This document shows positions 1 through 8,371 of a stretch of DNA of 64,000 nt, piece by piece. This DNA comes from Clostridia bacterium (GTDB lineage Bacteria; Bacillota; Clostridia; Oscillospirales; CAG-272): the NCBI GenBank assembly GCA_017451485.1, contig JAFTOG010000020.1:13498-77497 (forward strand). The letters run 5' to 3'. Numbering within the stretch: the stretch's first letter is position 1; every line of letters begins with the position of its first letter. Both the position numbers and the translations under genes were made by a program. The notes below the pieces were generated by a model. That model saw only the letters and a program-made list of their open reading frames with translations, searched no databases and was not told where the DNA came from.

Positions 1-10
1 TTTTGCATAT

Positions 11-295
11 GTGTTTGTCATAACAATTCGAAAGAATGGCGTGGCAATTCAAATAACGGATAACAAACTTATTTTGTGCAAAAAAGAGCTCGTTGAGATT
101 CCTATCGCAGATATAATGAAAATCACGATTCACGACGGCGATGGTTCTTTCGATATTTCGATCAATACAATTACCCAAAAATACAGTATGCACTGCTTTA
201 TTAAAGAACAAAGAAAGAAAAAAGACGAGATTATAGCTATACTTAAAAGCAAAGGTGTTAAAGTTGCAACATTTGATTTTGGTGGTGCAGATTAA
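11..295 (+). CDS. hypothetical small protein (94 aa, GTG start)
   Basis: Intact ORF in track. No recognisable catalytic motif. The upstream part could lie outside the window. Confidence 0.35.
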   Translation: MFVITIRKNGVAIQITDNKLILCKKELVEIPIADIMKITIHDGDGSFDISINTITQKYSMHCFIKEQRKKKDEIIAILKSKGVKVATFDFGGAD

Positions 296-324
296 GTTTT
301 TGCTCTGCAAAATGAGGACTCGTG

Positions 325-634
325 ATGAAAAAAATTAGTTGATCTATTAAAGCAATTTACTGTTGATATCGTCAATCTCCGTACCGACATTAAAAAATAC
401 TGCAAAAGTAATGTTCTATTAAACCAAGTTCTGCGTAGAGAAACATATCATTTTGATGATGTTAAAGAACTCAAAAGCCTCTTTGAGGAGGGAGATTCTG
501 ACGGGGGGATAGACACCCATAAAGTGTTATTCATCTTTACAAACGGACATAGAAGCGAATTGCAAACAACAAATAAAGAGCAAACACAGGAGCTTATAGA
601 GACCTTAAATTCAATTATATATTTGAGAGAATGA
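325..634 (+). pseudogene. frameshifted, chimeric four-helix-bundle (23S rRNA IVS protein family) gene fragment
   Basis: ATG at 325 is followed by an A7 run (328-334) and hits TGA at 340. The +1 frame (329-634) reads KKLVDLLKQFTVDIVNLRTDIKKYCKSNVLLNQVL, clearly homologous at nt and aa level to the N-terminus of the intact gene at 8006-8371. It then continues into unrelated sequence. Confidence 0.55.
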
Positions 635-798
635 TTATTAAATTCACCTTTGGGGCTTATGCTTTAGCACAAGTGCTTAGTTTGTCATGTACGCAAAACA
701 AACTATGGGGTAGCACATCTGTTCAGTATGGTGCTTGAATGCACTATTGAAAATACATAAATCAACATTAGATACAAAATACATCAAAGGAGAATAGT

Positions 799-2079
799 AT
801 GACAAAGGTAACATTTCCATACGGAAAAGAGCATATTACATATGATTTTAAAGGAGAGGACTTTAAGGGTACTCTTGTGTCCAAGCTCCACGAATACAAG
901 CCGGAGAAAACAGGCATAGATTTAATAAAATCGGCGATGGAGAATCCCATAGGCTCAAAGAAGCTATCAGAGCTTGCAAAGGGCAAGAGGAAAATTGTAA
1001 TTATTGCCAGTGACCACACAAGACCCGTGCCGAGTAAAATCATAATTCCTCCTATGCTCGAGGAAATTAGAGGTGTAAATCCCGATGCAGACATTACATT
1101 TCTTATTGCAACGGGCTGTCACCGTGATACTAAAAAGGAAGAGCTTATAGAAAAATTCGGTGAGGATATAGTAAAAAATGAGAAAATAATAGTCCACGAC
1201 TGTGCCGACAGGGACAACCTTGTTAAGATAGGTATTCTCCCATCGGGTGGAGAACTATGGATCAACCGCATTGCTTACGAGGCTGATTTGCTTATCTCCG
1301 AGGGATTTATAGAGCCTCATTTTTTTGCGGGCTTCTCAGGAGGCAGAAAGAGTGTACTTCCCGGAGTTGCAGCAAGGGAGAGTGTTCTTGCAAATCATTG
1401 CTCAGAGTTTATTGATCATCCCTTAGCAAGGACAGGCATACTTTCAGGTAATCCAATCCATGAGGATATGCTCTGGGCAGCAAAAAAGGCAAACCTTGCA
1501 TACATAGTAAATGTGGTTATAAATGAAAAGAAGGAGGCTATATATGCTGTTTGCGGAGATGTGGAAAAGGCACATCTTGCAGGTTGTGATTTTCTCTACG
1601 GTCTTTGTCGTGCAAAGCCTGTAATGGCGGATATAGTTATCTCCACAAACGGAGGCTATCCCCTTGACCAGAATATATATCAGGCAGTAAAGGGTATGAC
1701 TGCGGCAGAGGCGACAGTCAAGGAGGGAGGCGTTATTATAATGCTTGCCAAATCCAATGACGGACACGGTGGAGATGGCTTTTACCGTCAACTGGCTGAG
1801 GAGCCCGATATAAATAAGACAATGCAGATATTCCTTGACAGGGGAAGAAATGAGACTGTTCCCGACCAGTGGCAAACACAGATTTTCCTACGAATTTTGA
1901 AAAGAGCAACAGTTATCTATGTTTCGGATGCAGATGATAGTCTTGTATGCGACCTTCATATGACACCTGCAAGAGATATAGGACAGGCACTTGAAATTGC
2001 AAAATCCATACTTAAAACAAACACTCCATCCATTGTAGCTATTCCCGATGGCGTAGCTGTAATGGTGGTTGACAATTAA
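799..2079 (+). CDS. larA: LarA-family nickel-pincer-dependent 2-hydroxyacid racemase/epimerase (lactate racemase-like)
   Basis: 426 aa with a good RBS (aaaggag). N-terminal DUF2088-type sequence with IIASDHTRPVP and ATGCHR motifs typical of LarA. Confidence 0.8.
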   Translation: MTKVTFPYGKEHITYDFKGEDFKGTLVSKLHEYKPEKTGIDLIKSAMENPIGSKKLSELAKGKRKIVIIASDHTRPVPSKIIIPPMLEEIRGVNPDADITFLIATGCHRDTKKEELIEKFGEDIVKNEKIIVHDCADRDNLVKIGILPSGGELWINRIAYEADLLISEGFIEPHFFAGFSGGRKSVLPGVAARESVLANHCSEFIDHPLARTGILSGNPIHEDMLWAAKKANLAYIVNVVINEKKEAIYAVCGDVEKAHLAGCDFLYGLCRAKPVMADIVISTNGGYPLDQNIYQAVKGMTAAEATVKEGGVIIMLAKSNDGHGGDGFYRQLAEEPDINKTMQIFLDRGRNETVPDQWQTQIFLRILKRATVIYVSDADDSLVCDLHMTPARDIGQALEIAKSILKTNTPSIVAIPDGVAVMVVDN

Positions 2080-2094
2080 AAAGGAGAAACAAAA

Positions 2095-2778
2095 ATGAAA
2101 TATTTGACATTTAGCTATGATGACGGAGTAACACAGGATATTCGCTTGGTAGAGCTGTTTAATAAATACGGTATGAAATGTACATTTAATATAAATTCAG
2201 GTCTTCTTGGCAAGGATGGATATCTTGACATAAATGGCATAAGGGTTAACCACATTAAGGTAAAGCCCGAGGATGTAAGATATATTTACGATGGACACGA
2301 GGTAGCAGGTCACGGTCTTACCCACCCCTGCCTTGCCCGTCATACAGAAGAGAAAATTATTGAAGAGGTTGAAATTGACAGAATCCGTCTTTCAGAGCTT
2401 TGTGGCTATGAGGTCGTAGGATTTGCATATCCCGGTGGCGATTACGACAGACGAGTGTCTCAAATTATCAAGAATAATACAGGCATAAAATATTGCCGTA
2501 CTGTTACCTCAACTCATGATTTTGCACCACAGGATTATCTTTACGAGTTTAACCCTACAGTGTATCATCATAAGGAGTGGGATAAGATGTTTGAGCTTGG
2601 AGAAAAGTTTTTGAACCTTAAAACAGACACTCCCTCCGTATTTTATGTATGGGGACACGCATATGAGTTCGATATTCACAATTCATGGGATCGCTTTGAG
2701 GAGTTCCTTAAAATGATGTCCAAGGCTAAGGATATAGAGTTTGTAACTAATAAGGAAGCATTGCTTGATAGGAGATAA
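2095..2778 (+). CDS. polysaccharide deacetylase family protein (NodB/CE4-like)
   Basis: 227 aa. FSYDDG (Asp-Asp motif) and GHGLTHP His motif of NodB homology domains. RBS aaggag. Confidence 0.75.
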   Translation: MKYLTFSYDDGVTQDIRLVELFNKYGMKCTFNINSGLLGKDGYLDINGIRVNHIKVKPEDVRYIYDGHEVAGHGLTHPCLARHTEEKIIEEVEIDRIRLSELCGYEVVGFAYPGGDYDRRVSQIIKNNTGIKYCRTVTSTHDFAPQDYLYEFNPTVYHHKEWDKMFELGEKFLNLKTDTPSVFYVWGHAYEFDIHNSWDRFEEFLKMMSKAKDIEFVTNKEALLDRR

Positions 2779-2779
2779 G

Positions 2780-3565
2780 ATGGAAAAAGCCACTCTTAAT
2801 ATAAAATTTCTCGGCACCTGTGCCTGTGATTTTTCTCAAAAGCTTGAAAATGAGTATAAAGATTGCTTTGGCTTGAATGAACGCAGAGCATCCGCAATGC
2901 TGATAAATGGACAATATTTAATTGATGCAGGTATGCATATACTTGATTCCATGCGAATTGCTGAGATTGATTTAGCCACTGTTACAGATATTTTTGTAAC
3001 CCATACACACTCGGACCACTTTGATACCTTTAATGTAGAAAGGTTAGCGAGGAATAGAAAAAAAACCTTAAGAGTGTGGATAAGAGAGGATGCAAGCGTT
3101 CCTGAAATAAAAAATGTAGAATACAAAAGAATGACCCCGTATGTAAAATATGAGGTGGATGACGGAGTTTTTATAACAGGCGTTTTAGCAAACCACGATA
3201 TTGAAGCAGCTCCACAGCATCTTATAGCTGAAATAAACGGGAAAACCCTTTTTTACGGCTGTGACGGAGCCTGGCTTTTGACGAGAACTTTTAACTTTAT
3301 CAAAAGAGCAGAGTATGATATTATGGTGCTTGACGCCACGGTTGGTGACTATCTTGGCGATTACCGTATGGGAGAGCATAATTCCATTCCCATGCTTCGT
3401 GTAATGCTTCCATCATTAAAAACAGAAAAAATCATTACTGATAAAACAAAGGTTATTTTTTCCCATATTGCCCCCTCACTGCATAAGCCCCACGCCGAAA
3501 TTGTCAGAACAGCAGAACAAATGGGTGCAATTGTAGCATACGACGGAATGGAATTGAGCATTTGA
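2780..3565 (+). CDS. MBL-fold metallo-hydrolase
   Basis: HTHSDH (HxHxDH) motif. ATG at 2780 preceded by ggaga. The track ORF starts earlier at a TTG (2765). Confidence 0.75.
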   Translation: MEKATLNIKFLGTCACDFSQKLENEYKDCFGLNERRASAMLINGQYLIDAGMHILDSMRIAEIDLATVTDIFVTHTHSDHFDTFNVERLARNRKKTLRVWIREDASVPEIKNVEYKRMTPYVKYEVDDGVFITGVLANHDIEAAPQHLIAEINGKTLFYGCDGAWLLTRTFNFIKRAEYDIMVLDATVGDYLGDYRMGEHNSIPMLRVMLPSLKTEKIITDKTKVIFSHIAPSLHKPHAEIVRTAEQMGAIVAYDGMELSI

Positions 3566-3579
3566 TAAGAGGAAATAAA

Positions 3580-5484
3580 ATGTCGGTTTTTGAAAACAGT
3601 AAATGGATATACGCAAGCTGTGTAAAGGGTGTTGACCAATATACAGAATATGTGGATATCCTTAAGGGAGTGGCTGAAAAAGCAGTTATCAACCTTTCCT
3701 GTGATACAGATTATACTCTTTATATAAACGAAGAATATGTAGCCTCCGGCCAGTACGGAGATTTTACCCATTATAAAATATATGACTCCATAGATATTAC
3801 TTCCTTTTTGAGAAAAGGAAATAATATAATAAAGCTCCTTGTTTATTACTGTGGCGTTGACACCCAGAGGTATAAAAAGGCTGATGCAGGTCTTATATAT
3901 GAGGTCATAGCAGACGGGAAAACAGTTTGCACAAGTGATGAAAACACCCTGTCACGCCTTAGCCCTACCTATATAAACGGTAATATGAGGTATGTCAGCC
4001 GACAGCTTGGCTTTACCTTCAGCTATGATGCCACAAAAGAGAATGAAGGGGGATATTCACCATCGGTACCGGTGCATAAGGATGTGGAGCTTTATCCACG
4101 CCCGATAAAAAAGCAGGAGGTACTGCCGAGACAAAAAATCAAGGAAATAAAAAAGGAGCCCTGGGGATATCTTATAGATCTTGGGTGCGAGGTAGTGGGA
4201 TTTGCTACCCTTGATATAATGTCTAAGGGAGAAAATCAACTTTGTATTACATACGGAGAAAGCCTTGATAATGGAAGAGTGCGTGCAAAAATCCACGACC
4301 GTAGCTTCTTTTTTGAGTACAAATCAAAGGATGGACATAATATCTTTACGGATTACATGCTTCGCTTAAGCTGTAGATATATGGAAGTAATAGCTGACGG
4401 AGAAATTGAAATAAACTATGTAGGTATTCTACCTCAGGTGTACTCGGTAGAAGAAAAGGAATGCAAGATAGAATCATATCTTGACAGGCAAATATATGAT
4501 ATATGTGTAAATACTCTCAGGCTGTGTATGATGGAGCATTATGTGGATACTCCATGGCGAGAGCAGTGTCTTTATGCCTTTGATTCCAGAAATCAGATGC
4601 TCTGTGGCTATTATGCCTTTGAGGACGGAAACGGAGCTTATGCTCATTCTAATCTTACACTTTTGTCAGAGGATAGACGGGACGATGGACTCCTGTCAAT
4701 ATGTGCCCCCTGTGGTACAACTCTTGCAATACCCTCATTTTCCCTCTACTACATAATTGCAATGAGGGAGTATCTGTACTATACGGGGGATGCATCACTT
4801 ATGAGGACCTATTACCGGAAAATAGAGAAAATACTTGACGAATTTATCGGCAACTCGGACAATGGTCTTGTTAATAAATTTCAAGGCACTGAAAAGTGGA
4901 ATTTTTATGACTGGTCAGAGCATCTTGAGGGTGCATTGTACGGAGAAGAGGGCCATATCCCAGATCTTGTTGCAAACTGTCTTTTTGCCCTCGCACTTGA
5001 TTCATATAATTGGATGTGTGAAAGAGTGGGAATTAATTACAGGTACGGTCAGACAGCAGATAATGTTCGCCGTCTTATAAAAGAAAAATTCCTTCATAAG
5101 AACGGACTTTTTACACTTCATGCAGATGTAAAGCAGTATACAGTATTGGGTAATGCATTAGCAGTCCTCTGTGGTGCAGTAAAGGGTAAGGATGCTGTGA
5201 AAATATGCGATAGCATAGTAAAAAATGAGCTTACTTCGTCGTCCCTTAGTATGAATATATGGAAGTACGAGGCTATGATGCTGACAGATTTGGATAGATA
5301 TAAGAACTACATCATAGACGAAATAAGAAGAAATTACAAAAAAATGCTTGATAATGGCTCTACTACCGTGTGGGAGACTATTGATGGCTCCTTGGCCTTT
5401 GGCAATGCGGGAAGCCTGTGCCACGGTTGGAGTGCTGTGCCTGTATACGTATATCACAGGCTTGGAATAGCAAGGAGTAAATAA
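3580..5484 (+). CDS. alpha-L-rhamnosidase-related six-hairpin glycosidase (GH78-like)
   Basis: ~634 aa. N-terminal SVFENSKWI and C-terminal SLCHGWSAVP resemble GH78/six-hairpin glycosidase family members. ATG at 3580 after aagagg. Confidence 0.55.
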   Translation: MSVFENSKWIYASCVKGVDQYTEYVDILKGVAEKAVINLSCDTDYTLYINEEYVASGQYGDFTHYKIYDSIDITSFLRKGNNIIKLLVYYCGVDTQRYKKADAGLIYEVIADGKTVCTSDENTLSRLSPTYINGNMRYVSRQLGFTFSYDATKENEGGYSPSVPVHKDVELYPRPIKKQEVLPRQKIKEIKKEPWGYLIDLGCEVVGFATLDIMSKGENQLCITYGESLDNGRVRAKIHDRSFFFEYKSKDGHNIFTDYMLRLSCRYMEVIADGEIEINYVGILPQVYSVEEKECKIESYLDRQIYDICVNTLRLCMMEHYVDTPWREQCLYAFDSRNQMLCGYYAFEDGNGAYAHSNLTLLSEDRRDDGLLSICAPCGTTLAIPSFSLYYIIAMREYLYYTGDASLMRTYYRKIEKILDEFIGNSDNGLVNKFQGTEKWNFYDWSEHLEGALYGEEGHIPDLVANCLFALALDSYNWMCERVGINYRYGQTADNVRRLIKEKFLHKNGLFTLHADVKQYTVLGNALAVLCGAVKGKDAVKICDSIVKNELTSSSLSMNIWKYEAMMLTDLDRYKNYIIDEIRRNYKKMLDNGSTTVWETIDGSLAFGNAGSLCHGWSAVPVYVYHRLGIARSK

Positions 5485-5496
5485 AAGGAGAAAGTA

Positions 5497-6639
5497 ATGA
5501 AGCCCTGTCCATATGCAAAAAAGTGTAGTGGATGTCAGCTACAGAACCTGTCATACGATGAACAGCTATCTATGAAACAGGTGAAGCTTATTAAGCTTCT
5601 TGGTAAATACGGACATGTAGAAGAGATTATCGGTATGGAAAAGCCGTATTTCTACAGAAATAAGATACAGTCAGCTATGGGTATAAAAAACGGTAGAATT
5701 ATATCCGGCATATATCAATCCGTTACCCATAAAATTACTCCGGTGGATGGCTGTATGCTGGAGGATAAATGTGCTGAGCTCATTGTAAAAACAATAAGAG
5801 ACCTTTGCCCATCATTTAAGATAAAGGCATATGATTTGAACACAGGGTCAGGCTTTTTAAGGCATATTCTTATAAGAAGGGCATTTTCCACAGGGGAAAT
5901 AATGGTTGTGCTCGTTACCACCGTAGGTGACTTTAAGTCAAAGCGTTCCTTTGTAAATGAGCTGTTACGCCGTCACCCCGAAATTACCACAGCTGTCTGG
6001 AATATAAACAATACTCAAACTCCCCTTATGCTGGGCGAGTACAGTGAGGTCTTGTACGGTGACGGATATATTACGGACACCCTCTGTGGCTTGTCCTTCC
6101 GCATCAGCCCAAGGTCATTTTATCAGGTAAACCCCATTCAAACAGAAAAATTATACACACTTGCCGGGGAATTTGCCTCCCTTACAGGCAAGGAAAGAGT
6201 AATAGATGCATACTGTGGCACAGGTACCATAGGTATGACTATGGCAAGCAGGGCAAAGGAAGTAATAGGCGTAGAAATAAACGGGGATGCCGTGTGCGAC
6301 GCTAAGGAAAACGCCAGACTCAACGGAGTTAAAAACATAAAATTCTATAACGCTGACGCAGGAGATTTCATGCGAGATATGGCGTCCCACAGAGAAAAAG
6401 CCGATGTGGTAATTACCGATCCTCCAAGAGCAGGCTGTAGCATGCAGTTCCTCCGTAGTCTTATCTCCCTTTCTCCCAAGCGTATAGTCTATATTTCCTG
6501 TAACCCAGAAACCCTCGCAAGGGATTTAGGTACTCTTGTTAAAAATGGATACAAGGTGCAAAAAATTCAGGGAGTGGATATGTTTCCGCATACAAACCAT
6601 GTCGAGAGTGTCGTTTGTCTCAAAAGGAGAATCCAATGA
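5497..6639 (+). CDS. rlmD: 23S rRNA (uracil-C5)-methyltransferase, RlmD/RumA family (TRAM-less)
   Basis: 380 aa. N-terminal Cys cluster CPYAKKCSGCQ, SAM motif DAYCGTGTIG, catalytic DPPRAGC and ISCNP, C-terminal HVESVVCL. Confidence 0.85.
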   Translation: MKPCPYAKKCSGCQLQNLSYDEQLSMKQVKLIKLLGKYGHVEEIIGMEKPYFYRNKIQSAMGIKNGRIISGIYQSVTHKITPVDGCMLEDKCAELIVKTIRDLCPSFKIKAYDLNTGSGFLRHILIRRAFSTGEIMVVLVTTVGDFKSKRSFVNELLRRHPEITTAVWNINNTQTPLMLGEYSEVLYGDGYITDTLCGLSFRISPRSFYQVNPIQTEKLYTLAGEFASLTGKERVIDAYCGTGTIGMTMASRAKEVIGVEINGDAVCDAKENARLNGVKNIKFYNADAGDFMRDMASHREKADVVITDPPRAGCSMQFLRSLISLSPKRIVYISCNPETLARDLGTLVKNGYKVQKIQGVDMFPHTNHVESVVCLKRRIQ

Positions 6640-6887
6640 AAAAAGATAAAAAGCATATCGGGTGGGCGCTGTTAGAGGGCTTGGGCGAGTTAATATTAAC
6701 TTTGCTCTGTCTTGGAATAGGTGTGTTTATTGTCGGTTTGTTCGGCGTGGACTTTGAATCGCCAGACATAGACTATGATTTGATTATTTTACTCGGTGTT
6801 GTCGTTTTCTTTGTGATTTTTGGAGTCGTCTATGCTTTGATAAAATGGATTAAGAAAATGGTCAAAAACAAACGCAACAGCAATTGA
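6636..6887 (+). CDS. small two-TM membrane protein (83 aa)
   Basis: ATG at 6636 overlaps the rlmD stop as ATGA and is preceded by aaggaga. Two hydrophobic helices. No homology recognised. Confidence 0.5.
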   Translation: MKKDKKHIGWALLEGLGELILTLLCLGIGVFIVGLFGVDFESPDIDYDLIILLGVVVFFVIFGVVYALIKWIKKMVKNKRNSN

Positions 6888-6900
6888 GACTTTAAGATAT

Positions 6901-6974
6901 TACAACCCCTATTTTTCAGACCTTTTGGAGTCCCCACCCACGTCGAATCCGTCGTTTGTCTGACGCGAAAATAA
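6901..6974 (+). repeat. rlmD-3'-end repeat copy A (arm + HVESVVCLTRK-stop)
   Basis: tacaacccctatttttcagaccttttggagtc... then cac gtc gaa tcc gtc gtt tgt ctg acg cga aaa taa (6939-6974). Confidence 0.8.
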
Positions 6975-6982
6975 GCGATTTT

Positions 6983-7047
6983 GACCCTAAAATGGGCATT
7001 TTTCAGCCTTTTTGAATGACTTTTTAGTAAACCACGTGTTTGAAATC
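6983..7047 (+). repeat. degenerate partial copy of the same repeat
   Basis: gaccct..atttttcagcctttttgaatgac..aaaccacgtgtttgaaatc aligns by eye with copy A, but the HVESVV codons are decayed. Confidence 0.45.
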
Positions 7048-7082
7048 AAAAAACGCCCCAAAACTACCTTGGGACAAATGAT

Positions 7083-7140
7083 ACTTTTGAGCAAAACTCG
7101 AAAGTTCATTTTACAGCAGTTAGGGGTAACATATCGAAAG
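7083..7140 (+). repeat. second repeat family, copy 1 (leader of ORF 7148)
   Basis: ttttgagcaaaactcgaa (7085-7102) is identical to 8373-8390. The following ~35 nt are ~75 percent similar and end in atatcgaaa. Confidence 0.75.
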
Positions 7141-7147
7141 GAGAACA

Positions 7148-7666
7148 ATGAAATCAAAAGTTTCAAAACAGAATGAATTTGATCCTAAATTGGGATTTGA
7201 GATAAGAAACCCTGTCTGGGCGTTTTGGGTTTGTCTATTGGCGATGATAGGTTGCCTTGTAACCTTTTTTGCGTTTCTTTACCTAAAACGGCAGAACACA
7301 ATAACAGAAAACACTTTTTATATTGGCTACATCTTTTTAGGTGTGTTCCTCCTATCTGCTGTTGGTGTTTACGCTTGGGTTTATGAGAAGCTTACATATT
7401 CGGATGGCGTTTATAAATATTATAAGGCTTTCGGTAAAAATCGGATTGCATCTGTTGAAGAAATAGGCTCGGTTAAAGTTTTAACTGTTTATTATCATAC
7501 CAAATATGGTATACGCAGTAAAATACGAGTTTTCTTTTACGACAAGTCAAAGAACATTCTAATAAAGATAATCGACGACGGCACATTAAGTAAAAACGAA
7601 ACATTCTTAAAATCGTTAAAATATAATCGCATAAAGATAATACGCGAGGAAAAATACGATTGTTGA
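7148..7666 (+). CDS. membrane protein, two TM helices plus soluble C-terminal domain (172 aa)
   Basis: Strong RBS aaaggag. Hydrophobic segments WAFWVCLLAMIGCLVTFFAFLYL and IGYIFLGVFLLSAVGVYAWVY. No motif recognised. Confidence 0.6.
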   Translation: MKSKVSKQNEFDPKLGFEIRNPVWAFWVCLLAMIGCLVTFFAFLYLKRQNTITENTFYIGYIFLGVFLLSAVGVYAWVYEKLTYSDGVYKYYKAFGKNRIASVEEIGSVKVLTVYYHTKYGIRSKIRVFFYDKSKNILIKIIDDGTLSKNETFLKSLKYNRIKIIREEKYDC

Positions 7667-7740
7667 TATGTTTCCAAGTATTGCCTCGAAATCAGGTACA
7701 AAAGTGCTTTTCCACCTATGTTTTGAGGACTTTTTGGACT

Positions 7741-7833
7741 TACAACCCCTGTTTTTAGACAGTTTTAAGACCTTTTGGAGTCTTGACCCACGTCGAGAGT
7801 GTCGTTTGTCTCAAACGACAGATTCAACAATGA
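7741..7833 (+). repeat. rlmD-3'-end repeat copy B (arm + HVESVVCLKRQIQQ-stop)
   Basis: 7792-7815 is 24/24 identical to rlmD 6601-6624. The arm tacaacccctgtttttagac..ccttttggagtc is shared with copies A and C. Confidence 0.85.
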
Positions 7834-7987
7834 ATTGCAATCATGCGATTGCGTGAATTGAGCACGAGTGCTGATGAATTGCCCTGCGGGGCATTGGGGT
7901 TGCAATTCAATTCATGGAGGAGACGGAACGCCGACGAGAAATCATGAAGCCACAGGCTTCAATTCATGACACGAAGTGTCAAATCAT
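7831..7987 (+). repeat. phased mini-hairpin array with conserved TGAATTG / AAWTCATG spacers
   Basis: TGAATTG at 7831, 7854, 7875. CAATTCA/AATTCATG at 7903/7909, AAATCATG at 7939, AATTCATG at 7961, AAATCAT at 7981. Hairpins at 7837-7852, 7861-7872, 7881-7892, 7945-7961, 7967-7981. Confidence 0.7.
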
Positions 7988-8005
7988 TTTACTTTGGAAT
8001 TTACG

Positions 8006-8371
8006 ATGAAAGAAAACTATCTAGTAGATTTATCAAAACAATTTGCCGTTGATATCGTCAATCTTTGCACAGATATCAAAGAAAACCGCAAAAGCAATGT
8101 GTTGGTAAATCAAGTTTTGCTTAGCGGCACAAGTATTGGTGCAAACATTCACGAAGCCAATTATGCCGCAAGCAAGGCAGACTTTATCAATAAATTTCAA
8201 GTTACACTGAAAGAGTGCTATGAAACGGATTATTGGCTTGACTTATTCAAAGACACACATATGATAACCGAAGAAGAATACAGGGATATGTTTGTAAAAT
8301 GTAGTAAAATTCGCAAGTTGATTATCTCCTCCATCCCCAACCGCAAAGGGAACGGTTGGGGACAAAAGTGA
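8006..8371 (+). CDS. four-helix-bundle protein (23S rRNA intervening-sequence protein / Avd-like family)
   Basis: 121 aa. SGTSIGANIHEA..ASKADFINKF..ECYETDYWL pattern is typical of TIGR02436/PF05635 proteins. Weak RBS. Confidence 0.75.
   Translation: MKENYLVDLSKQFAVDIVNLCTDIKENRKSNVLVNQVLLSGTSIGANIHEANYAASKADFINKFQVTLKECYETDYWLDLFKDTHMITEEEYRDMFVKCSKIRKLIISSIPNRKGNGWGQK

Noticed and set aside
6939-6960. A tRNA-like T-arm (tcgaatcc) within the repeats, which could indicate tRNA-gene fragments as the integration target.
   Set aside because: The stem potential is only 3-4 bp and there is no acceptor or anticodon arm. The sequence is fully explained as codons HVES of the rlmD C-terminus.
7665-7675. 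The 11-mer gatatgtttcc, shared with rlmD (6577-6587, codons VDMFP), lies 113 nt upstream of repeat copy B. This could mean copy B is an rlmD end interrupted by a ~103-nt insertion.
   Set aside because: The 11-mer overlaps the stop codon of ORF 7148-7666 and copies A and C lack it. A chance match cannot be excluded, so it is mentioned only as a possibility.
7668-7856. 62-aa ORF in the track spanning the rlmD-end repeat copy B.
   Set aside because: It is read through the repeat in a frame different from the conserved HVESVVCL frame and has no RBS. It is best explained as a chance ORF across a non-coding repeat.
7831-7987. The hairpin array as a CRISPR array.
   Set aside because: The conserved units are only 7-8 nt and the variable parts are ~13-nt palindromes. 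There are no cas genes, and the geometry is incompatible with CRISPR repeats and spacers.
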